Shown here in pieces: positions 9,634-17,617 of a stretch of DNA of 64,000 nucleotides (position 1 is the first letter of the stretch; the number at the start of each line of letters is the position of its first letter). The position numbers were made by a program, and so were the translations under genes. The stretch spans positions 5,144 through 69,143 of the forward strand of contig JAEYAR010000170.1 in NCBI GenBank assembly GCA_023404715.1. The letters run 5' to 3'. The notes below the pieces were generated by a model. The model saw only the letters and a list, made by a program, of their open reading frames with translations, did not search any database and had not been told where the DNA came from. The DNA comes from Bacillota bacterium. Lineage in GTDB: Bacteria; Bacillota; Clostridia; Christensenellales; Aristaeellaceae.

Positions 9634-10700
9634 AGTTGTTCTCCTCCCCTGTGCCTGACCGGCACGAACACCGACGCGCAATTTGCCTGCCGGAAGCGGG
9701 CGATTACCTTTCGGCTGTCGTCAAACTCATATTCGGGATGCTCCGCAAAGTACAGGCGATCCATATGGTTGAAGGCCACGTCATAGGGCAGGGAGGGATT
9801 GTCCCCGTTAAACTCCCGCTGCGTCACGTGCACATACATCCCGCCCGGCAGCGTGATTCTTTCCACGCAGTCCGGCAGGCCTTCAAAAGAGCTGACGCGC
9901 GAGCCAAAGCCGCTCCTGTAACCGCCCTCACAGTCGACCGGAAAGCCGTAGAAGTCGCCATTTTGGTCGTACCGGGCCAGCCCGGTCTCATATACCTGGG
10001 ATGCCACGCTAAAGTAATCGAATATGCATTTGACTTCATCCTCGCCGTGCGGCCGGGTACGGCAAGCGATCTTCAAGTCCGGCAGCAATACCGGATGCAA
10101 TTCGATCGTGTCAAAGCGGTCGTTTTCATCCCGCGGCTTGCGAATGGGCTCGTACTTGGCCAGCATATCGCCGGTTTCATCCCATGTGTTGAACGGATGC
10201 CCGGCAAGGTCGTACACATAGCCCGTGCTGCGAAAGCCGCTGACGAAGTATTCGTCCGCGTGCATTCGCTCCGCATAGCCGACGCGGCCGTCGCGGTTTT
10301 GCTCGTTGATCTCCATGCGGGCGTAGCGGCAGGCGGGCAGCGCGAGCGTGCGCGTATGCTCCGGCAGAAATTCGGGCAGCTCGACCGCAGGGTCTATGGG
10401 GAAGCCCACGATCACCTTATAGTTGCCGTCGCCGTGTACATCATAGCGGGCGCTGATGATCTCCGTATCGCCAAGGCACAAAGAAAGCGCGTTTGCGAGC
10501 AGCTGAACCGTGCCGTCGGTGATGTACTTGCGGGCGATGCAGGCGTCGTTGACCGTGCCGCCCTCAAAGCCGGGCGCGCCCGGATAGCCTTGGCTCTCAA
10601 AGCTGACGGGCACGCTGATCCCTGCGAGCATAAGCGCCTGCCTTTCCACGATGGAGCATAGTTCGTTTACCCTCTCGAGATATGTTTCAAACAGGTTCAT
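9630..10700 (-). CDS. Tandem double GyrI-like domain protein
   Basis: Two repeats: LPEHTRTLALPACRYARM...YEPI and LPDCVERITLPGGMYVHV...FVPV; ATGA overlap with the upstream gene. Confidence 0.8.
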   Translation of the reverse strand: MNLFETYLERVNELCSIVERQALMLAGISVPVSFESQGYPGAPGFEGGTVNDACIARKYITDGTVQLLANALSLCLGDTEIISARYDVHGDGNYKVIVGFPIDPAVELPEFLPEHTRTLALPACRYARMEINEQNRDGRVGYAERMHADEYFVSGFRSTGYVYDLAGHPFNTWDETGDMLAKYEPIRKPRDENDRFDTIELHPVLLPDLKIACRTRPHGEDEVKCIFDYFSVASQVYETGLARYDQNGDFYGFPVDCEGGYRSGFGSRVSSFEGLPDCVERITLPGGMYVHVTQREFNGDNPSLPYDVAFNHMDRLYFAEHPEYEFDDSRKVIARFRQANCASVFVPVRHRGGEQL

Positions 10701-11809
10701 CGCCGCTCATCCATCCTATCCAATATTTCGAGCATTTTACGCACGCATTCCAGGACCGCTTCATCGTTTTCTTTCATCTTTTCGATGACCACTTCCAGCA
10801 TATCGCCATAATAGTGCGATTTCCAGTCGTCCCAGTTTATACACTCCTCCAGCCCGATCAGCGACCACGCCAGATCATGCGTATAGCCGTAACGCCAGCT
10901 TATCGTCGTGAGTATTTCTCCAAATTGCGGATCAGCCAGCTTTTTTACGTCGTTTATGCCGTCGTAAAAGCCCTTTTCCTTCGAATCAGGGAGATAGGTT
11001 CGAAAGAACTCGGCAAAATTGTGGCAGTTAAATGTGGGCCACATGGTCTCCGCCAGTCGCCGCATCCTCTCTTTTCTGCCTTCAGGCGCATCCGTGCCCA
11101 GGCTGTCGGGGCCGTATGTGCTGATTTTTTTCATGTATTCGCCCCATAGCTCTTCGCGGAGGCAGCATTCCATTACGCGCTCGATCCGTTTTAACCCATC
11201 GAAAAGCGTATACCTCGGCGCGGCCTTTTCACCTAAGATATACAGCGTATCTATGCCGCCATAAGCTACCGGCGGATCCGGCGATTTTTGCGCACATTTG
11301 AAGCTGGGGCATAGTATTTTGTCGCCGTCCAATCCGATAATCACCGAGAATGGAGCGACATTGTCCTTCAGCTTCGCGATGATGGGCCTTCCCCTGCTCA
11401 CGGAAGCTAAGATTTCATCTGGGAACGCGGCGATATCCGTAACCGCGCGATAACGATAGCCCGCGAAGCCGAACAGGAAATCAATGTTATCCGCCGTGCC
11501 GCCGTCGTCAAGGTTTCCCTCGTGAATCAGTCGATCCATCTGTGTGGGCGTCCCATTGAAACGGCAGCGAAGCGAGCTGCGGCCGCACAACGTATCGAAG
11601 AGAAAAAAGTATTTCTCCTGCGATCGTTGGGGTTTCGTGGCGCAGTTCCCGCAATTGTCGCACCGCCCATTCTCCCACTGGTTGCAGGCTGTTACCCGTT
11701 CGCCCTTCGCGCCCACGTTCTCCAGATACATCCAAACCGACGTGAAGCAATTGATGAAGGTGGTCGCCGCGAATCCGGAAAACGGTATGTCGAAATCAAG
11801 CTGGGTCAT
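10697..11809 (-). CDS. BtrH_N/papain-like fold protein with C-x7-CxxCGxC motif
   Basis: FINCFTSVWMYLE helix, FAGYRY, SVSRGRPIIA...VIIGLDGD, YTHDLAW, ENDEAVL. Confidence 0.7.
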   Translation of the reverse strand: MTQLDFDIPFSGFAATTFINCFTSVWMYLENVGAKGERVTACNQWENGRCDNCGNCATKPQRSQEKYFFLFDTLCGRSSLRCRFNGTPTQMDRLIHEGNLDDGGTADNIDFLFGFAGYRYRAVTDIAAFPDEILASVSRGRPIIAKLKDNVAPFSVIIGLDGDKILCPSFKCAQKSPDPPVAYGGIDTLYILGEKAAPRYTLFDGLKRIERVMECCLREELWGEYMKKISTYGPDSLGTDAPEGRKERMRRLAETMWPTFNCHNFAEFFRTYLPDSKEKGFYDGINDVKKLADPQFGEILTTISWRYGYTHDLAWSLIGLEECINWDDWKSHYYGDMLEVVIEKMKENDEAVLECVRKMLEILDRMDERR

Positions 11810-11944
11810 GCCTTTTATCCCCTCATTCTATCAAGGTATAAATGCTATAGTCGAGCGTCACACGGCCGTCTGCGTCCTTTTAAAAGTGTTCCCGGTATAC
11901 CTTGGTGATCTCGATGGCCATTTGTCAACACGCCCTACCGTCTG

Positions 11945-12769
11945 TTACTTTTTTACCTGACACTTTGGGCAAAAGGCGATGACGCCCCCGACGGAAACCT
12001 TGCCCAAAGTCTCGCCGCACAGCGGGCAAGGCTCGCCGATGTGCTTGCGCTCGGACATCGCCACGTACCCACCGGGGTTCCCGTACAGATCGACCTCCGA
12101 CGTCCGCCCGCCGGCCTCGCAGGCTTTCGACAACACGTCGCGCATGGCGCGATACAGCCGCTCCTGCGCCGCGTCGTCGAGCTTGCCGATGTGCACGGAA
12201 GGATGAATCCCCGCGTGCAGCAGGATTTCCCCCGCGAAGGTGCTCATAATCCCGGCGACGTTCTTGGTCAGATAGGTTTTGATAGGCTGTTTCGGGTCGT
12301 CCATATGGTCCTTCACAAAAGCCAGATACGCCTCGAATGTGCCCGCCATTGGCGCATAGCGCGTCTCATCCGTGCTCCGCGCGAGCGCGTCCCACGCCGC
12401 GTGGTCGATCACGTCTACGCCGTAGGACCACAGCAGCACCGAGTAGGCCAGACCGCTTCCGTCTAAGAAGGAGAAGCGAAAATTGTATTTCATCGGCTCG
12501 CCGGACGGCGCATCATAATACCGTATCTTTCCGCCGCCCTGGCGAAACACAATTCCGTAGCCGTTGCCTAGCTTAACGTATATATCGGGCGCGTGGTAAA
12601 GTACGTCCGTGACGGTTCCTCCGACCGCGTTCGGATAACGATCGGGCGCGCCCTCGGGGTTGAAGATGTTCGCGTTGGGATGGACGTATTCGCCGTGAGC
12701 GATGGTTTTTCCGAGAATCGTTTCGCGCATCTGCCGCGCGATGGTATAGGATTCGGGATATTCCAGCAT
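11945..12769 (-). CDS. Fpg/Nei-family (H2TH + zinc finger) protein, non-canonical active site
   Basis: MLEYPE N-terminus, EILLHAGIHP H2TH, GGRTSEVDLYGNPGGY, CPLC...FCPKCQ zinc finger. Confidence 0.88.
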   Translation of the reverse strand: MLEYPESYTIARQMRETILGKTIAHGEYVHPNANIFNPEGAPDRYPNAVGGTVTDVLYHAPDIYVKLGNGYGIVFRQGGGKIRYYDAPSGEPMKYNFRFSFLDGSGLAYSVLLWSYGVDVIDHAAWDALARSTDETRYAPMAGTFEAYLAFVKDHMDDPKQPIKTYLTKNVAGIMSTFAGEILLHAGIHPSVHIGKLDDAAQERLYRAMRDVLSKACEAGGRTSEVDLYGNPGGYVAMSERKHIGEPCPLCGETLGKVSVGGVIAFCPKCQVKK

Positions 12770-12784
12770 CGGTCTTTTCCCCTT

Positions 12785-15466
12785 TCACTGCTTTGGTATA
12801 TTCGCCATCAGCATGTCGAGCACCTTGTCCATGCACGCCGCCGCCTCGCGAATCTTCGCGGCGATCTTCACGCGCCCGTCCTTATCCTGCAGGGCTGCCA
12901 GCGTCACGTTGAAGCCGCCGCCGAGCGCCTCCAAGCTGTCCGGGTCGTTTTGATGATCGTCGCCGCCCCATATCTCGGCCATTCTACGGTACAGCGCGCT
13001 CACATCCTCAAGATACCCCATCTCCGGATTTAACTCTTTCGCCCGGTCGAGGAAGGAGAAGGCGCAGCTGCCGTTTGTGGCCATGTTGCAGATATTGCTC
13101 ACATGTAAGCCCCAACCATCCCCAAACGCGTCGGGCGTCACGCCCTCGAGCATGCCCCGCTCGATGAAGTCAGCCCACGCGCGAAACGCCTCGGCGCCGA
13201 AGCAAAACCTGTCGTTCTTGACGGCGAACAGTTCAGGGATGCCCAGCACGATCTCTTTGTAGAGCTGCTGTAGGTCGATGGAGCGCTTCTTCTCGCCGAC
13301 GAAGATCAGGCCCTTGACGGCGTTTTCATCCGCGCCCGGCTCGGAAACGATTTGTTCCAGCGGCACGCGCACCGGCTCGGACTTGTCGCCGGTCAGGAAC
13401 AGCAGCGTCTTGCCGTATTCCTCATAGCCCACGTAGACGCCCCAGGGCGGCCCGCAATGGGTAATGGCGACGACGGGCACGCCTTTGTCGATATAGGCCA
13501 TCAGCGTCTGAACATACATTTCCTTGTTCGCCCGAAACTGCTCGCCCGAGACAAAGGTGCTCGCATAGCCGCACCGCTCAAAAATCCTTTCAAAATAGCG
13601 CCCGCCTTCCAGCTGGAACATGCAGGCCGACGCACACTCGCCGCAGTATTCGCCATACGAATACACCTGCGCCAGCACGTCCCCCGTCAGCCCCGCGAAG
13701 AACCAGTAGCCAAAGTCCGGCTCGTCCTTGTATTCGCCCAACGATTCCATGACATACCGGGCGCAGCCGTTGAACCAGTAGTTTTCGCCGAATTCGCTGG
13801 TGATGAGGCGATGGATAATGGGTATGACGTTGTTGCTCTGCCGAAAAGCCATGGTAAGCGTCCCCTCTCCAATCTTCTTTTTCGGGATTTGCGCGAGCTG
13901 TGAAACGCGGATGGCGCGAAAGTACTTCTTAATTGAGCTATCCGAGCCCATGATGATCGGCTTCGCCCGTTGAAGCCTGAGCTCCGTCGCCATATAGGGG
14001 AAGTTCACGCCGCAGTAGCGCACCTCGCCGTTGAGGATCACGGCGAAATGCTTAAGCCCCACGATCCACGTCAAGCGGTTGTAGCCATTACGATCGATGG
14101 TGCCGCGCTTGGGCAATTGAAAGTAGTCGCCGAATACCGGCTGATGAAAGCAGATGGCCTCCCTCGACAAGCGCTCGTCGGGGCTATTGTCCATGTTGAC
14201 GCCGAATAGATGGTTCAGATCCTCGCCGTGATGGAAACGGATGCTGGTCTCGTTCTTGCCGTGGCCCCAGCCGCCGCTCTCCTCGCCGACGCGAAACTCG
14301 ATGTCAACCCGAAACGGCAGCTTCACCGCCACGTTTGTGGACAGCACCCGCGTGGAAATCCAGGAGATGTATTCGGCCTCGCCCCGCTCCGTGACGCGGT
14401 AATGCGGACTATTGATCGGTATCAGCTTGTCCATCTCTACGTCCCGCGACCACAGGATCGGATTAGCCCGTTCAATTTCTCCGACCGTGATCGAGCCGGG
14501 CGCCAGCTCCTCCGGCGCGCCAAACAGCGCCGGGTCGGCAAGCCGCTTCCTGACCGGCACGTACAGCGCGACAAGCTCCCTCTTTTCATCGGGCGACAGC
14601 AGCGGCTCCAGCATCGCCTCGCTTCGCAGGCCGCTGCCGGGCAGGTAGTCGATCTGGTAGTACCTGTTATCGTCAAACGACGTCACAAGTTGCCCAAAGC
14701 GCTCTGCCAAATCCTCGTCGAGATAGACGTTGATCGTGGCGTACAGGCCGCCGGCAAAGCGGAAGTCCAGATACTCGCCGTCGTTCACGAAGTCGTCGGC
14801 GACGCGCGCGACGACCACGTCGCCCGCCTCCGATTGATACTCAAACTGCCCGTGACTGCCCGGCTCGTCGCATGTCACGCCGTGTGCCTGGATGTAGCGC
14901 CAAAACCCATCCGGATCGGACGCATTGGCGTTTGCCTTTAGCAAGGACGAAAGCACGCGCATCGAAGGCAAACGCACAATCGACGGCTCGATAGGCTTTG
15001 AAAGCGTCTGGGAAACTTGCGATAACCGCCCATACGACAAAGGCTCGCCCGCCCCGTCCGTCTTTTCCAGTTCCCGGTTGGCGAGCGCCTCGTAAAGCAG
15101 CGGCAGCGCCGATATCTGCTTAATGCCTAACCTGAGCATGGCTTGCAGGAATTCGTCCGTGATTCGCTTTAGCTCGGACAGGGCGGCGGACTCCTCGTCG
15201 ATCATGCGAACGCGGCGAACAAACACATCTACCACGATACTCATGTCCTCGCTCTTGTAGATGCGCAGTATGTCTTTGATCGGGATCATCATCTTGCGCA
15301 AGATGATGATTTGCCTGAGACGTTCGATATTGGCCTCATCAAAATAGCGGTACTTCTCTCCTGGCGGGCGCACGCTTTGAATCAATCCCGCTTCCTCGTA
15401 ATATCTCAGGCTACGTGAGGTAAGCCCCAGCTGCAACGCGAGGTCGGTGATCTTGATCAGCTCCAT
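12785..15466 (-). CDS. 893-aa MerR-family regulator: HTH + GyrI-like + beta-sandwich + BtrH_N-like domains
   Basis: KITDLALQLGLTSRSLRYYEEAGLI...YRYF...LRKMMIPIKDI MerR HTH; IVRLPSMRV...FAGGLYA...LYVPV GyrI-like; IDKGVPVV...VGYEE BtrH_N-like. Confidence 0.9.
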   Translation of the reverse strand: MELIKITDLALQLGLTSRSLRYYEEAGLIQSVRPPGEKYRYFDEANIERLRQIIILRKMMIPIKDILRIYKSEDMSIVVDVFVRRVRMIDEESAALSELKRITDEFLQAMLRLGIKQISALPLLYEALANRELEKTDGAGEPLSYGRLSQVSQTLSKPIEPSIVRLPSMRVLSSLLKANANASDPDGFWRYIQAHGVTCDEPGSHGQFEYQSEAGDVVVARVADDFVNDGEYLDFRFAGGLYATINVYLDEDLAERFGQLVTSFDDNRYYQIDYLPGSGLRSEAMLEPLLSPDEKRELVALYVPVRKRLADPALFGAPEELAPGSITVGEIERANPILWSRDVEMDKLIPINSPHYRVTERGEAEYISWISTRVLSTNVAVKLPFRVDIEFRVGEESGGWGHGKNETSIRFHHGEDLNHLFGVNMDNSPDERLSREAICFHQPVFGDYFQLPKRGTIDRNGYNRLTWIVGLKHFAVILNGEVRYCGVNFPYMATELRLQRAKPIIMGSDSSIKKYFRAIRVSQLAQIPKKKIGEGTLTMAFRQSNNVIPIIHRLITSEFGENYWFNGCARYVMESLGEYKDEPDFGYWFFAGLTGDVLAQVYSYGEYCGECASACMFQLEGGRYFERIFERCGYASTFVSGEQFRANKEMYVQTLMAYIDKGVPVVAITHCGPPWGVYVGYEEYGKTLLFLTGDKSEPVRVPLEQIVSEPGADENAVKGLIFVGEKKRSIDLQQLYKEIVLGIPELFAVKNDRFCFGAEAFRAWADFIERGMLEGVTPDAFGDGWGLHVSNICNMATNGSCAFSFLDRAKELNPEMGYLEDVSALYRRMAEIWGGDDHQNDPDSLEALGGGFNVTLAALQDKDGRVKIAAKIREAAACMDKVLDMLMANIPKQ

Positions 15467-15495
15467 GGCGGCGGCTCCTTTCGCTTGATGATATG

Positions 15496-15527
15496 ATTAT
15501 AGCACTTGACGTAACGGCAGAGTCAAG
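15496..15527 (-). promoter_or_regulatory. MerR-type promoter with 19-bp spacer and dyad operator
   Basis: TTGACT-N19-TATAAT with CTTGAC-N11-GTCAAG overlapping the -35 and spacer, directly upstream of the MerR gene. Confidence 0.9.
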
Positions 15528-15682
15528 AGAGCGCTTGTCAATTGGGCGCATCGGATATACAGGTGATCATGGCGGCGTCCGCCCTGCTGTATGGTGAAAA
15601 CGACAATTGGCGTGAGATGAAAAAAGCGAAGACGATGGAGAAGCTATGCGCAATAGAGACCGACAGGTACCCCGATGTCAAT

Positions 15683-15709
15683 AAAAAAACCGCCTCATCT
15701 AGAGGCGGT
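15683..15709 (-). terminator. Intrinsic terminator of csp
   Basis: ACCGCCTC-TAGAT-GAGGCGGT followed by a T-run on the minus strand. Confidence 0.85.
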
Positions 15710-15719
15710 GAAGCGGTGA

Positions 15720-15932
15720 TCAGGCTACGCAGACGTTGACTGCGCGGAACTTACCGTGTCCTTTGGGATCGGCTTCCACGTCAAACGTAACCCTTTGGCC
15801 GTCTGCCAGCGAGCGAAACCCGCTGCTCTGGATGGCCGAGAAATGCACGAACACATCTTCCCCGCCGTTGTCATTGGTGATGAAACCGAAACCCTTTGCG
15901 TCGTTGAAAAACTTAACTGTACCACTGTTCAT
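15720..15932 (-). CDS. Cold-shock protein (CspA family)
   Basis: [15 protein letters not shown] (RNP1), DVFVHFSAI (RNP2); AGGAGG RBS. Confidence 0.97.
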   Translation of the reverse strand: MNSGTVKFFNDAKGFGFITNDNGGEDVFVHFSAIQSSGFRSLADGQRVTFDVEADPKGHGKFRAVNVCVA

Positions 15933-16050
15933 AATGATACCTCCTGAAAAAATGTTATTCACCGTGTACAAACAAAAACTGCGAGGTTGAAGTCAAAATG
16001 AACATTGACTTTTAGCCTCACAGCAATCAATACATTTGGAATACCTATTT

Positions 16051-16078
16051 AGTATACACCTAAAAATCGATTTGTCAA
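16051..16078 (-). promoter_or_regulatory. sigma-A promoter of csp giving a long 5' leader
   Basis: TTGACA-N16-TATACT. Confidence 0.7.
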
Positions 16079-16209
16079 GTATTATTTACAGAAGTATTTA
16101 TCGCGCCACGATCGAAACGTCATCTCTGCGCAGCCGGAGCGCATTCTCTCAAGGGGCTGATCCAGACCAAACTCCATCTCTGTCATATTGGCCGCCAGCG
16201 GAGCATCCC

Positions 16210-16228
16210 CTATGCTTTACAGGCATAG
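16210..16228. promoter_or_regulatory. LysR-type T-N11-A dyad
   Basis: CTATGC-N7-GCATAG just upstream of the LysR gene. Confidence 0.6.
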
Positions 16229-16273
16229 CCAAATGTGATAGGATGGTACAATAGAGCAGAGGAGGCGCAGGAA

Positions 16274-17161
16274 ATGGACATTCGTGTTCTTCGGTACTTT
16301 TTAACCGTCGCACGTGAAGAGAGTTTTTCCCGCGCGGCGGAGGCGCTCTTTTTGAGCCAGCCCACCCTGTCGCGCCAGATCAAGGATATGGAGGAGGAAC
16401 TGGGGGTCACGCTGTTCATCCGCACCAACCGCAACGTCATACTCACCAAAGAGGGCATGCGCCTGCGCAAACGCGCGCAGGAAATCGTCGATCTGATGGA
16501 CAAGACCCGCGAGGAATTCTCAGATCTGGAAGAAGAGATCAGCGGCGACATCTACATCGGCAGCGGCGAAACCCACGTCATGCGGCAGATCGCCCGTATC
16601 GCCATCGCGGTGCAGAGGGCGCATCCCGGCGTTCATTATCACCTGTACAGCGGCAACGCGGACGACGTAAAGGAGCGGCTGGACAAGGGGTTGCTCGATT
16701 TCGGCGTGGTCATAGAGCCCGCCGATATTCACAAGTACGACTCTCTCAAAATCCCCGGGCGGGATACCTGGGGGTTATTGATGCAAAAGGCGCATCCGCT
16801 CAGCTCGCGGGAATTCATCTCGCCCGCCGATTTGGAAGGGGTGCCGCTGCTCACCTCACGTCAGACGGCCGTATCGGGCGGACTATCCAGCTGGCTGGGG
16901 AAAAATCTCGATACGCTCGACGTGGTGGCCACGTATAACCTGGTCTTTAACGCTGCGCTGATGGTCGAGCAGGGCATGGGCTGCGCCCTTACGCTCGATC
17001 ATCTGGTGGATACCATGGCGAATACCGACCTTTGCTTTCGCCCCTTGACCCCTAAGCTGGAGGTGGGGCTGAGCCTGGTATGGAAAAAGTATCAAATCTT
17101 TTCGCCCGCCGCCGACGTCTTTCTGCGCCAAATGCAGAAAACGCTCGGGTTAAAGGCTTAA
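16274..17161 (+). CDS. LysR-family transcriptional regulator
   Basis: MDIRVLRYFLTVAREESFSRAAEALFLSQPTLSRQIK HTH; LDKGLLDFG. Confidence 0.95.
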   Translation: MDIRVLRYFLTVAREESFSRAAEALFLSQPTLSRQIKDMEEELGVTLFIRTNRNVILTKEGMRLRKRAQEIVDLMDKTREEFSDLEEEISGDIYIGSGETHVMRQIARIAIAVQRAHPGVHYHLYSGNADDVKERLDKGLLDFGVVIEPADIHKYDSLKIPGRDTWGLLMQKAHPLSSREFISPADLEGVPLLTSRQTAVSGGLSSWLGKNLDTLDVVATYNLVFNAALMVEQGMGCALTLDHLVDTMANTDLCFRPLTPKLEVGLSLVWKKYQIFSPAADVFLRQMQKTLGLKA

Positions 17162-17296
17162 TCCCCAGGGCCCGTCGCTATGTATCTGTCTGTATTTCAT
17201 TTTAGCGCACCTTCCCCACGGGTTCAAGGATTGTTTTAGAAGCTTCGGGCAACAGCGCGGCCCCGGAAGAAATCGCTTCTTCCGGGGCTGCGCTGT

Positions 17297-17617
17297 TCAA
17301 ACCGCGATGCACTCGCCCTCACAGGCGATGTACAGCCCGACCTTCCTGCCGGTCTTCGCCTCGATGCGCTGCAGGTTGCGCAGGTCGTCCTCGCTGGCGG
17401 CCATTTTGCCCTCCGGGTGATTCGAGATGAGCACCGGCGAGGCCTCCAAATCCGGCTTCTCCAGCTTGGCGGGCAGCCCGCCATAGGTGTCGAACTGCGT
17501 GAACATCTGCGGCTCGCCCTGCGCGTCCAGCCAGACGAGCGCCGAAACCTGCGTGTATACGTGGCCGAACAGCCACACGCCGAATGCTTCAATTTGCTTT
17601 GGCACGTTCATCGTCAA
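17297..17617 (-). CDS. Small protein with degenerate RadC-like JAB/MPN motif
   Basis: ISNHPEGKMAASEDD resembles HNHPSGxxxPSxED; start overlaps the upstream stop. Confidence 0.5.
   Translation of the reverse strand: MTMNVPKQIEAFGVWLFGHVYTQVSALVWLDAQGEPQMFTQFDTYGGLPAKLEKPDLEASPVLISNHPEGKMAASEDDLRNLQRIEAKTGRKVGLYIACEGECIAV

Noticed and set aside
6586..11944. Integron-like cassette array (GyrI/Cass2-like genes)
   Set aside because: Intergenic gaps share no repeat or attC-like structure, and several genes overlap by 4 nt
15542..15739. 65-aa ORF between the MerR promoter and csp
   Set aside because: No RBS or motif, and it runs through the csp terminator
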